Origin: Guillardia theta CCMP2712
Taxonomy: Eukaryota; Protista; Cryptophyta
Assembly (NCBI RefSeq): GCF_000315625.1
Contig: NW_005434671.1
Location: 186,001-250,000 of the forward strand
Direction of reading: 5' to 3'
Length of the DNA: 64,000 nt
Shown here: positions 39,360-55,914 of the stretch, in pieces
Layout of the letters: each line of letters begins with the position of its first letter
How positions within the stretch are numbered: the stretch's first letter is position 1
Notes under the pieces: model-generated
Seen by the model: the letters and a program-made list of their open reading frames with translations, nothing else
Databases searched by the model: none
Told to the model about the DNA's origin: nothing
Position numbers and translations under genes: made by a program

Positions 39360-40890
39360 TCATGATGCAGTCTGTAGTCGCAACGCTCGAAGGGGATGCG
39401 CAAGCGACTTCTTCATGAGCATCCTCCCGACCTCGTCGACTTGCCTTGTGTTGCCAACGCCTCAAGACTGAGCAGCAGCAAGATAAGCTTGCTCACCGGT
39501 TAAGGTCCTCAAGCGTCCCTCCGTTGTCGATGCAGATGTCGCTCATTGCCTTCTTCTTTGCGACAGGCATCTGCGACGAGATCTGCAACAACGCGCAAGA
39601 ACGTTCGTCATTGTCAAGCCACCAATCCATCGGTACACTAACAGCCTTCCGACAGTCGTCCATGGTCACTGAATCTCTCTTGGACAATCTGATCGGTCCG
39701 CTCCGAGGTCAGAGTCTCTTCTCAACATTCAACAGGACCACCTTGAGATCTGTACATCCTCTTCGCAATATACACAGATGACTTCCTTGCAAAGGAGATT
39801 CGCTCTCGATTCAAAGAGCAGTGGAGCATCTAGGATGACAACAGGCTGCCCTTGGATCACGCTGTGGAGAAAAATCTACTCACGTACGTCAGCAAATCAT
39901 AATTCGGATCAGATCAATCAACACCTGTCGAAGCATCTCAAGTGCAATAGACGTGTGCGTGCATTGCTTCAGCTTTCGGTTCAGATCACGATTGCCAAAG
40001 ACAAGCTTTCTTAACGCCGCCCTGGTGGAGTGGAAAAAGTTCATTTCATTCTCATTCAACTCTTCCCCTCATCATTTTCCTGTACATCTGTGGATACGAA
40101 ATGCAATCTATCACAGTACCCCTAGTCCATTCTTATCCTCCCCCTTCTGCTCCTCCTTCTGCTCCTCCTTCTCTCCCTTCTTCTCCTCGTCTCCTTCACT
40201 TCTTCCTCCTCAGCCACACGCATCTTGCGACTCCTCTTCCACTTCATCTCAATCATGGGACCTTACACCTCCTGCCTCATTCTCTCATAATCTCCTTCAG
40301 CAGTACCCTCCTCTTCCTCACCTGTTGATATTCCCCGAGGAGTCAACAATGTCATGATCCTTGAACGCCCTCAACACCCGATGATAACTACTTGTCCCCT
40401 TCTCGAGCACGCCATGGGCGATGGCATCCGCGTCAACCACGGGGTACCCAAGGGCGCGGAATCTGTTAGACACGCAGCTCTTTCCACTCGCTATCCCTCC
40501 TGTCAGGCCGATAACACGCATCCGGCTCCCCACCACGAAGAAGGGTATGCACACGAGAGCCAGCAGGGCTCCCGGGGGCTCAGCGCCGACGAGGATGGCA
40601 GAGAGGGTCGCAGCACTGGAGAGGACGAACTTGAGGCTGAAGGTTGTGCATTTGTCGCAGAAGATCCCCACTGAGACACCCCAGACGGACCAGCCAGCGA
40701 GGCCAAGCGCCTGAAAACAACTTTCAAGGAGAGGAGAGGAGAGAGGATTCTAGTGTCATAGAATGGCGGCAGGATGAAGCAGCCTCTCCCATGATCTACA
40801 ATTCCCCTCTCCCGCCCTTGTCGCCTCCCCTTCCATCCTCTCCCTGCGCAATCCTGCGCTCCCCTCACTGCATGGTACCTGCGCCGCCAT
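39360..40890 (-). CDS. Dephospho-CoA kinase (CoaE/DCAKD family) with N-terminal hydrophobic extension
   Basis: MRVIGLTGGIASGKS..VVDADAIAH, VVILDAPLLFES, QMPVAKKKAMSDICIDNGG. Tentative micro-exon MAAQ at 40890. Confidence 0.9.
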
Positions 40891-41889
40891 TATGCCTGAG
40901 GTCCCGCAAAATTTGCAATTCCCGGGCCAGCCTCGGAAAGTGCGAAATTTCACACTGTAGGGGGAAAAGGAAGAAGGCAAAGAGGACAAAGGAGAGGTGA
41001 AGTGAAAGCAGAGTCAACCGTTGAACTTTAAACAGCACAGCAAACAACAGTGACTTCCGTAGTATGTGCATCACAATGCACAACATCAACCCGTTCGAAA
41101 CCACTCTCAAGAAACTTGAGATCATTCTCAAGAAACTGCACTGCGGATCGGACTGGTTATTAAAGGGATCCTGCTACAATACCGGGAACTCAGTAGATAA
41201 AGCTGGAAAGATGTGTAGCGATCTCTTTACATTTAAGGAACATTAAAAGGGAAGGGCGGGATGGAGTACGTCAACAGGCAAAGGTTTACATAATATGTGA
41301 AGTTCGGTTCAAAACAAAGACGATAGGCCAATTTGTTTGAAGATAGCAAGCTCACATGTTGACGGCGGATGCCACACACATATCAACGTATGCATGCAGA
41401 AATATCTGTGCTAGCGCAAAACTCTGTCTTCAAAGTTATGAAAATCCGAACGCCGGGACAGCGATTACTGTATGGACGATGGTTTTTGGGGATATTGTCT
41501 ACCTTGCCACAGGGGACCGTATGCGTTCGCCAGCTTCGGTTGAAATATCAGCGGCAACTCAGAGAGAAGTGGAGATAAATCGGGAACCAGAGCTCAGCAG
41601 GAAGGATGGAATGCGCTTCCTGTGGAGCGACTGGTGCAAGTGCGTTGCAACCGGCTGGTACGTCTCGGGATCCTCGTTGCTGCTTACAGAATCCAAATCA
41701 AAACATTTGAGATAAGCCTGCATTGCTGGCATTCCATGGAGATATGTACTCGAACAATATACTTTTCATGCACTAGAACGCTAGATTTTGTCAGCGATCA
41801 GGCAACGACCAGTCATATCTTAACGGCCACAAGTAAAGCTGACCCATCCGTCTATGAAAAGTTGTATTTTCGGGCCTACCCAAGACTTA

Positions 41890-42880
41890 CCGGAGCTCGT
41901 GACTCCGGACCTCCGATGCTCCGGTAATACTGACCACATGCGATCACCAAGTAAAAACTTCCTGTTCACCGTCACGGTCAGTGTTGACTGAAACTTCAAA
42001 ACCGGACCGTTCAGTGGTGGCCGGGCGGGACCGCTGGCCCGTGACCTGCCCTTCAACCGGGCCACTGCCAGCACACTGAGTGCAGTAAAGTGAAGCGCGA
42101 AATCGGCTACAACTCGATTTTATAGCGGCCGGGGGTTACCGGTGGCGTTGGCGTCTCCCAATCGAAATCTTGCGACTTGAGACCGCTGCCCGGCTGCCGG
42201 ATTGCAGGGGTGGCGGAAGTACGAGGACCCACCCACCCTCTCAGCAAGTAGCGGCGAATCCGAACCGCTACTGATACTACGGTAGTCCATGATCATTATT
42301 ATTATCCATGGCAGAGTAGGCTGGTACCAGAGAATAACGGGCGGCCCCGTTTACTTCAGGACCTCATCCCCGCTCAATTGCACCCGTGCCCTTCAGCATG
42401 CCCCGGGAGGTTTGGTCCCGTGACCCCCATACAGGCTGGAGCACATGCCCTTTCTGATTGCCAAAACACGCGGTTTCGTATAAAAAGGTCGGATTCCGAG
42501 GCGGAGCTCCGAGATCAGGGCAGCAATTCAATTTTCTGGGTGCTGGGGTGGTCAAGGAGACATGGGACGGGTGGTTTTTACTAGCCAAAGTGGGCCATAT
42601 GGATGTGCGGACACACTCCTTTCGATTCGGTATCGAGTAGGGTGGGTCCTCAAGAGTGCACTCGGATATAAAGTAAAGATGACCGGCAATATAAAACAGT
42701 TTTAGTAAAAATACATGAAAAATTGTCTTTCCATGTTGTAATGGACCCCTACCTTAAATTCATAGCAACGAGGGGGTGGCTGGGTCCCCTCGGGGAGCGC
42801 TGGTGCCGAGAGCTTTTATTGAAGGTATGACCGGGTCCTAGGAACTTGTGGTACCTTCCATCGGAGTGTATAGTGAATCG
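41890..42880. other. Composite intergenic island (CCGG-rich then GGGT-rich/AT-rich)
   Basis: Same compositional style as the other islands; no credible ORF. Confidence 0.6.
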
Positions 42881-43152
42881 ATGTGATCTGGAGAGTAGAG
42901 CATTCCTGGACGACCTTTAGGAATCGAAAAGAGAAGATTTCGAGGTTTTGGGGTCGGGGGGGAAAGGAGGGAAAGGAAGAAGGGGAAGCAAGGGGAACAG
43001 GACCCGGAAGGAATCAAGCAGGAGGAAAGGAAAGAGAATCAAGAAGTGCAGGAGTGTTCAAAGCAAGCACAAGGTAGTCAGCAACGTCAACGAGGCAAGG
43101 ACTCGAAGCTAAGGCAAGCCCTGTACAAACTGGACGTTTTGAATCAGGCGAG

Positions 43153-43839
43153 ATGGTGAGGGCCGAGGATATTATCGACATTGACGACATCGACGATTCA
43201 TGCTGCGAAGAAATGATTGTTACAAATGTTGGAGGAAAGCAGACGGTATGGATCTTCCCAACAGGATCAGAAGAGGACACAGAAGCGGCTCATATGAAAG
43301 TTGTTCGGCATTCTCCATCATGCCTGGTGTCGTCGGTCTCAACGGGCTGGAAGGACATGTTTGGATTCAAGGACGAGGAAGTAGTTGGGCGCACACTCAG
43401 GATCTGCCAAGGCCCGGAGACAGATCTTTCAAAGATCGACGCCCTTCTGGACCAGGTTGCGTCCAGCCAGTACCAATCGAAGAGAGACGTCGTTATTCTT
43501 TATTCCAAGTGCGGCGACTCCGTTTGCGTGGAGCTGTTGGCATCATTCTTGGGTTGTGACCAATACGGACATCACGAGTTCCGCCTGGAAATGCAGAGGA
43601 TTGAGGACGAGACGAGCTCTTCTTCTGACACTGACATGGAATGCGACTACGAGACGGAGGAGGAGGTCGAGCTTCATAGGGCGCTCAACGAGCTCACCAG
43701 ACGTGGCAAGGAGATCGAGCTTCAGAAAAGGATCATACAGCTCATGATGTATCAAACCTCTAAGATAGACTTGAGCTCGCCCTTTGATCGATGCTCACCG
43801 CCTGTTGTACCCTCAGCAAAGCCCATGTGTCTAGTTTAA
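43153..43839 (+). CDS. PAS (LOV-like) domain protein, single exon
   Basis: VSTGWKDMFGFKDEEVVGRTLRICQGPETD...VILYSKCG, compared with the LOV consensus GRNCRFLQGPETD..NYRKDG. Acidic linker and short C-terminal coiled coil. Confidence 0.85.
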   Translation: MVRAEDIIDIDDIDDSCCEEMIVTNVGGKQTVWIFPTGSEEDTEAAHMKVVRHSPSCLVSSVSTGWKDMFGFKDEEVVGRTLRICQGPETDLSKIDALLDQVASSQYQSKRDVVILYSKCGDSVCVELLASFLGCDQYGHHEFRLEMQRIEDETSSSSDTDMECDYETEEEVELHRALNELTRRGKEIELQKRIIQLMMYQTSKIDLSSPFDRCSPPVVPSAKPMCLV

Positions 43840-43911
43840 ACGAATCGAATTTAATGAACTCTCAATACACTGAAAGAGCTTTGTAGAGAAACTTCGCCGT
43901 TTTGCACGTCT

Positions 43912-45756
43912 TCATGCAAAACCAGCACTCTTGCCCATCCTTCCAGTGTTCTTGGCTGGCCCTCCGTCGAACCTGCAAAGCCAGTAACTGGGATGCCAGG
44001 TAGCTGGGCAGCAACGACGACCTGTTGGAGGAGGGTCCTCGCTTTTCCTTCTTGTCAACTTCTTTCTTGGGCTCTGCCAGACATCCTTGCTTGGTGAGAG
44101 TCTTTCCTTTCTTCTGCATGCCAAACTCTTTTGCAGTCTTCTTGAAGATCTGCATCAAGTTGAGTTTGAAGTTCTCCCAGCTTCTCTCATCCAACCTGCA
44201 CAACATCTTCGTCCATCAACTCATGGTCCTTGCCAACACGCTGAGGAGTGTGCTTGCAGCTTTGTCCCCACACCAGAGCATACTTGAACTCCTTGAGCTG
44301 CGATCAACTATCAGGGAACGTGTCTTTTCTGCTTGTCTCTTTACCATATCTCTGTGAAGATGCGAGCAGAGGGTCTTGATAGTGACGCCGCCTCGTCCTG
44401 AGCAGGAGGTGAGGAGGAGAGAGAAATAGGCAGACGCAGTGAGCAAGTCAGTTCACCGTGAGTCAACACGGACGGCTCATTCAAGTCAGGAGGCTCTCCT
44501 CTCCTTCTAGTGTATACTCGGACGAGCGCTAACATCTCCCACATCTTTGCAAGGAGCCGATCGACGTTCAAGTTCTGGTGGCAGGACACAACGATGCTGA
44601 CGGGAACGAGAGTCAGGCAAGGCAGATGGTAGAAAGTGAAGCTCTCAACCTGTGCGGTTGCTTTGCGAGCACGTCCACCTCCTCCATGGTGATGGCATCG
44701 ATTTTGTTGTAGCAATACAGGCACTTGATAAATCTCCTGTTCCCTTCCACCTTGCCATAGATTGAGCCAGGTGAGATCATCATGCACTCGTACCAGATCA
44801 ATGAAATCGTCGATGGAAGCATCCTCCCTGAACACAACCTCGCAGTTGTGGATCTTGTATTCATGCAAAACGCGGTAGACCTGCCCAGGTTTCAGGAAGA
44901 GGGGATGAAGAATCTTGCATGCAAGGAGGTAAGCTGATGGAGAGAATCTTGCAAAGAAGTGAGAGGATCAAAACGCATCTCTCACCACGTCCGAAGGATT
45001 CTCACCCATCTTCGTCAAGGGGACCTGAAAGAACGAAATGACTAGGTATTGAGCTTTGAGCTCTTCACTAACCATCGTGTTGAACTTGATGCCTCCCGTC
45101 TTCTTCTTCTTGAAGTAAATATCAGCAGGGTTCTTGTTCAGACGAATTCCTGCTCATCCATCAGTCATGGGACCGCCTCCACCCTGCCGCCACCAGTTGA
45201 CTCGAGCTCTGCTTCCAAGATCGCCTTATGGGCGTCTGGCTTCGTGGCGTCCAGCATCATGAGGATCAGGTCTGCTGACTTGGCAACGGCGATGACTTGC
45301 CTTCCTCTTCCCTTCCCCTGAGCAGCTCCTTCGATGATACCAGGAAGATCGAGCAGCTGGATCTTCGTCCCTTTGTAATTGATGATGCCCGGGATGCAGG
45401 TGAGGGTCGTGAACTCGTAGGCGGCAGCTTCCGACTCCGTTCCTGTGAGCAGCGACAAGGCTGTCGACTTGCCGACAGATGGGAAGCCGATGAGGGCGAT
45501 CCTCGCATCTCCGTACTTGACAACCTCGAACCCCTTGTCGTCCCCACCCCCCCCTCCCGCACCATCTTCAGGATTGAGAAGCTGCGTCCTGAGCTTGGCG
45601 AGCTTTGCTTTCAGCATTCCGAGATGGCCCTGAGAGAGCACAGAGGTGAGAAGAGCAGGGAGGGTGGAGGACGAGCATGCCGACCTCTGTCGCTTTGTTC
45701 TTCTGCGTTCGAGCCATCTCAAGCTGGATTTCGGCTATCTTCTCTTTGATGCCCAT
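43912..45756 (-). CDS. DRG2: Developmentally regulated GTP-binding protein (DRG2/Rbg2-like)
   Basis: [56 protein letters not shown] domain, [10 protein letters not shown]. Confidence 0.93.
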
Positions 45757-46178
45757 CTTGATTGAGTATGCTAGAGAGAAAAGAGATCCGCTGCTGGCAT
45801 TTACATCCCCAAAAGAAAATCCGTCAGTCCCTTTGTGAAAAGAATTGCGTCTCACCTGGATGAAGAATGCCGACTGTCTGTCTTGCAGTGCCGGCTAAAG
45901 ACGGTTCGCTAGGATGGACGGAGCTAGATATCGTGTCAAGGAGCTCCTTGTTTCACTGCGATCTCCTTCCTTGTGGTCAACTTCCCGAGCTCTTCTCCTC
46001 TCTTCCCTCCTCCTCCTCCGCCTTCTTCACGCTGCCTTCGTCCTCCCCCTCCCCTGTCCTTGCATGCGCCAGCGCCAGCGCCCCTCGGGTTGCGTGGGGA
46101 TGAGGGGTACTTCATCGTTGCGGGATGAGGGCTCAGATGTTTTACTCAACTAGAACTCTTTATGTGTGGCGATGCGGT

Positions 46179-50539
<4,361 letters not shown>

Positions 50540-50995
50540 GAGCTCTGCTTGCAATCAAGAGGATTGTGAGATGAATGATGAGATGCGTGAGCGAACGTGA
50601 CGACGTTACAGGACAAGGAATGACAAGAAGAGGAATGAAGTCGAGATATTTTTGTTTGCCTTGTGTGCAAACATCTCAGGTTTTAACATTTTACAAACAA
50701 ATCTTTGCTTGGAAGTATCTTTGCATATCTCACAGAATCGTCACATCCAAAGACGTGCTAGAAATTTTCAGTTGTACAAAGATTGCACAGCAGCTGCAAA
50801 ACGTGCTTGTCAGGAAGAGAGCTCAACCAGGGAAAGCAACAGAAGAAACAACAAATGAAAAATCAAGAGTGTAAGAGCGACATCACATTCTTTCACTTGT
50901 AGCTATCTTCACTGCAAACAAACAATTCAACCACGTCAAGGAGAACATGAAATCGGTCGGTTTTCATTGAGAGCTTACAAACATCTATCCTCGCA

Positions 50996-53340
50996 TCATA
51001 AAGACATAAAGTTACCGAAGAGCCACTCCCAACCATCCGCAGAAAATGCTGCACAGAAAGGTTCCTGCAATCATTTGAACATCAGCCATCTTGAAATGCA
51101 TTTCCCTCTTTCATCTCATCTCATCTCATCTCATCTCCTTGGGGGGGGGGGGGGGGGGGGGGAAAGGGAAAGGAAGTTATCTATGCTGGCTCTTGCTGCT
51201 CATTTTGTCTCTCCTTCAAAACCTCCCACCCTTCAACGAGTCTCCCCGCCCCCCTTTCACTTCAACTCTCCTCCTCCATTCTTTTCTCACCTTGCCCGCG
51301 ATTGCTGGCCCGTCGATGGTGGGGCAGTGGCCGGACTTGTAGACCTGAGCAAGCATAAGATGCCAACCGAGAAGTGAAAAGAGGAAGCACAAAACAAGGC
51401 GGTAAGAGGGGAGGTGAGGGGAACAGAAGGAGAGGCAAGCGAAGCGAAGGGGAGGGGAGGGAACAGAAGGAGAGGCAAGCGAAGCGAAGGGGAGGGTAGC
51501 CAGGAGGAAACGAGCATAGCGTACGATAGGAGCAACAAACTCTCTCCCTCCTCACCTGTGCCACAGCAAGCGCAGCAATCCCGAGCATGGCAAGCCTTCC
51601 GTTCCACTGCTCCGCCGCGCGGGTCACCCCGAACTCCCAGGGGTAGCCGGGCATGTCGTTGGACTTCTGGTAGAGGTCCAGAGTCTCGCTGACCCGAAGG
51701 GACGGTCGGTTCAGCGCCCCGACGGTGATGTCAACAAGAGCCTGGATGAAGAGAGGATCGCTGTTGAGAGCAGGAACCCTCTTGAAGTTGGTGATGCCTG
51801 CCTCCTCTGCCACCTCCCTGTACTCCTGATCGATCTCCTCTAGAGTCTCCACATGCTCAGACACGAAGCTCAGGGGAACCACCACGAGGTTCTTGAGCCC
51901 TTCCTCGCCCAGCTGCTTCAGCACGTCGTCCGTGTATGGCTCCAACCACTTCACCGGGCCAACCCTGCTCTGGAAGCAGAGGGTGTAGTCGTATCTGTCC
52001 TCCTCCTTCCTCCCCTTGTTCACTTCCTCCATGATCAACTCGGCACAGCGCTCGATCTGTCCCTTGTAAGGATCACCAGCCTCCACGTAGCTCTCTGGGA
52101 CTCCGTGGGCAGAGAACATAACCTTCCATCCCCGTCATCGCAACAGAAGAAGACCATCCTCTCCTCGTCCTCGTCCTCCCATGCTGCCTGCCTCCCCCTT
52201 GCCCCCTTGTTTCTCGCCTCTCCTCACCTTCACGTCCTTAGGGGTTCTCTTGAACTCGTCGAGCTCCTTGAGAATCAACTTCGCCTGCAGGGACAAACTA
52301 AGGGGTGGGAGAGCCATTGAGGATGGTGATGCACCTGTGTGGCGAGGTAACCAGGATGATCGTACCAGTCGGGTACGACCGTGTGATCTACTCGACGAGG
52401 GTCCCACTGCTTCGGATCCTGCCTGATAATCTGTAAACACAGCCGTCAAATGCTTTCTTTCCTCCTCCACAGCTCACTCCCCCTAGGCCCAAGTCCTTCC
52501 TTCTTCCCTCCTCCTTTACCTTCTCCCCTCCTCCTGTTCCTGAACCCCAACTCCCCCAACCCCATCGTTCCCCTCCTCCTTCTCCCTCTCTGCTTCTTCA
52601 CCTGGTCCAGCAACCGGATGGAGCTTCCTGTGGTGGAAATGGAGTACTGGGGGTAGAGGGGGATGATGACCAGCCGGTTGACGCCGTCAGACAGGATCTG
52701 ATCCGTCGCCTCCTCCGTGAAGGGGTACCAGTATCGCATCCCGATGTAGACCTTAGCGTCGATCCCGATCTTCTTGAGCTCTTTCTCAAGGTTGTCTCCT
52801 TGCTCCTCTGTCAACTTCACGATGGGCGATCCTCCTCCGATGGACTCGTATGCCTCCCTTGACCCAGGAGCGCGACGGGAAGCGATCCCGCGAGCAATGA
52901 AGCCCTGTAGCGGCTTGAGAGCGTTAGGAAGGCGGATGATATCCTCGTCGTTGAAGAGGTTGAAGAGGAAATCCTCTACTTCGTCCAGCTTCTCAGGCCC
53001 TCCAAGATTCAAAAACAATATTCCCAACTTGTCGCCTTCACGCATCCCACTGACCTTGGCCTGCACAGGCGACGCTTCCTGCCTGAAGCTTCCTATCCTG
53101 TTCGCCTGCCCAATCCCTCCGAAAAGCTTGCCCAAGTCCGCACCCAACGCCATTCTTGCGCTACTTACTGATCCTCTGAGTGGTCATGTCAGGGAGCATC
53201 ATGGCAGGGTTGATCAGCAACCTCCTCGACAAGGCGGGGCTTCGTGTGCTCCGCAGCACGAGGGAGGGAGCATGTTGGAAGGAGGAGACCGCAGTGAAAC
53301 AGATGGCCAGAGAAAGCCACCGGCAGCTGGCTCGTAGCAT
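50996..53340 (-). CDS. hemH: Plastid ferrochelatase with C-terminal CAB (LHC-like) helix
   Basis: Leader [21 protein letters not shown]; [78 protein letters not shown]; CAB motif [12 protein letters not shown]. Confidence 0.95.
51420..51493. repeat. Two-copy direct repeat (34 nt, period 40) in ferrochelatase intron
   Basis: GGAACAGAAGGAGAGGCAAGCGAAGCGAAGGGGA at 51420 and 51460. Confidence 0.85.
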
Positions 53341-53859
53341 CTTGCAAAGTCGAGTGAACTGGCAACAAAAAGAATGGTCAGCGAACGGAGGACACCGACA
53401 TAAGTGAAACAAGACGACTTTGATAGAGCCAGTCAAACTTAGGAAGCAGACAACCAAGTATTCACGCTCTCACGCAATCGCACATCTGTGCCTTTTCCCA
53501 ACAGACCAGTACAAGGATGTTATCAATCACACGTGCATCATGTGCTGCTTCACAAGAATCTATAAAGCATAGAAGCTGTGGAACGCATGGAGTAGTAGCT
53601 GCATAGCATTGAAAATGCCGCACTGCTAGCAAGCGCAAAGAATCTATCGTTTGAAATGCTGAAAACAAACACTATTGAGGGACTTCCATACGGTTCTCAA
53701 CTGAAACAAACTCCTGATTGCTTAACCTCAATGGAATATATGAATGGTCTAGCAATCAAATCATCGCCATGGCGTTGGGTAGGCTCTCTTTGCTCGTATC
53801 GGCACACAATCATTGGCGCCTGCATGGTAAGCAAGCAGCTTGCAAGGAAAGGGGTAGGG

Positions 53860-54900
53860 TTAATTATCAGGGGTACTCGATTCATCCATGGGGTAGACCA
53901 GTTCAATATGGGTCAAGGTAGGGTACTATAGAAAAGAAAACCACAGGATATCGAGGGGTGATTCAAATAAAGGTGGGTAGTCGAGTGTTTTATCACGGAC
54001 ATGAGGGGTCATCAACAAGTCAATGGGGTGGTACATGATGGGGTCGTCTAGTAAAAAGCTCTCTGCTCCAAACTACCCCACCCTGGCATTTTGACCGGGG
54101 GACCACACCCGAGGTCAAACTTCTATCGAGGGACCTACCCCTGGAATCATATACAGGTTTACCTTATGTACTGGGGTACTCAAGTACCCCACCCTCACTT
54201 CACACTTCATGTCGTGTACCCTACCCACATCCTCGAGTTCTCTTTTGTTAACGGGGGTGGGTGGCCATGGTTTGGGTCCCATTCCAATCTTTTGAAACAG
54301 GAGGGTGGGGAGCACAACTCTGCTTTCAGTACCGGTTATTTGATGAAGAAAATAGGGGGTAAGGGTACCTTATGCCCAGGTAGTGGCGAAAGGGAGGACG
54401 GTGTGAGTATGTGTGCGTGCTTTATAGGCGTGGGGGGCTAAATCTATGTTTCTAAAACATTTTTGAGTTAATATAATATTTAAACAGTATGTGTCCTCAA
54501 AGAAACTAAAATAAAAAACAATAAAACCTTCAAAGTTCTCTTGTATGTTTGTATCAATGCATGTATCAGATGTCTTGAAATTTATATGTTTGTTTTATTA
54601 TAAAACACATATAGTCTTTCCATTTCGGTTCTGTTTCAAGTTATTCGAGTGAAAGGATCACCCCCACCTACCCCTTGCCCGTCATAATACCGGTTTTACG
54701 TGTATGCCTCCCCGTTCACAGCTTTGCGGACCCTACCCCCACCATGCATTCCATTTAAAAATGCAAATTTGTTTTTAATGTATACATCATTTTAGAGAAA
54801 TGCTGGGTGCAATGCAAAAACACTTTTTAATCTGGAGGCCAGGGGCGAAACCCGTCATAAATGGTTCCCGGCGGGCCCGGGCCCGGTCGGGCTGGCGGGC
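53860..54900. other. Composite intergenic island (GGGT/ACCC-rich, AT-rich, short CCGG cap)
   Basis: Lies between the divergent ferrochelatase and EF-hand genes. Confidence 0.65.
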
Positions 54901-54980
54901 AATAGTGGTTTCATGCTGAAGGATTTTAATGAAGCTTCGCAGGTTTGCTGCAGGATTGCGGTCTAACTAGTCCAGTCGCC

Positions 54981-55827
54981 ATGCCGCCCAAATTGGAGAG
55001 CATGTTCGATGCGGAGGTAAGGTGAAGGGACAGGCAAGGGGGCGGGAGTGGGAGCCAAGGAGAAGAACTGTGCGTGAACTTGATCTGGTTTCATTAGAAT
55101 GGTCAGAGGAAGTGCAGGACAACGGCAGGACAGGATAGTAATCTGATGCGGAAGGAGAAGGATAGGTACAGTTGGAGGCAGCAACGAACATGCAAGTGGG
55201 ATAGCAGCTGAGCTAGTCGGGGGCTTCTTCTGCTTACATATGGTCGGTCAGGTAATAACAGAACTTCGGAGGCAGTTCAACATGGCTGACAAGGATGGGT
55301 CGGGGGAGATAGACGCGGAGGAGGCCTGCGACTTGTTCAGTCAGTTCTGCTGCCCGAGGGCGACGATAGAGGAGATCAGAAGGACGTCAGCGAGCCTGAG
55401 GAATCAGATGGACCAGGACCGCAATGGCAAGATATCTTTTGAGGAGTACGCTTTCCGTTTTGGTAGGAAACTGCAAATGGAGCTGGCTCGCAGGCGCAGG
55501 GAGGGGCTGGTGCCACGTGGTGGTTCAGGTGTGGCCGGGGGTGGTCAGGGAGGAGGATATAGCAGTATCTATCCCGCTCCTCCTACGGATGAGGAGCATG
55601 ATTCCTATCTGCGGCAGCGACAGGCGCCATCCTCCTCCAAGGATCACACAAGGCTCCGGGCACAAAGACCGGAGCGGGGAGGCAATGTTGGAGCCGTTCT
55701 ATCCTCCTCGCTTTCAAGAGAGTCGATGACCGTGGCTGGGATAGCCCTCGTCATGCTCATCCTGATCCTCTTCGCGATCTTCTCCGAGGGGTCGACAAAG
55801 TTCAATGCTAGATCAACGACTAGATAA
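54981..55827 (+). CDS. Two-EF-hand calcium-binding protein with C-terminal transmembrane anchor
   Basis: Exon 1 MPPKLESMFDAE, intron 55017-55251; loops DKDGSGEIDAEE and DQDRNGKISFEE; TM VAGIALVMLILILFAIF. Confidence 0.85.
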
Positions 55828-55914
55828 CAAAGGATCACCATAGTCAGCCTTCAGCTGGCACACCAGGGAAGCAGGGGGAAGACAGAGTAGAGAATTGTTT
55901 CATTCAACTAACAC

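Noticed and set aside
41064-41900. Short + strand ORFs, one containing WSDWCKC (TSP1-like)
   Set aside because: No second TSP1 motif and no consistent exon chain could be built. A small gene is possible but unsupported.
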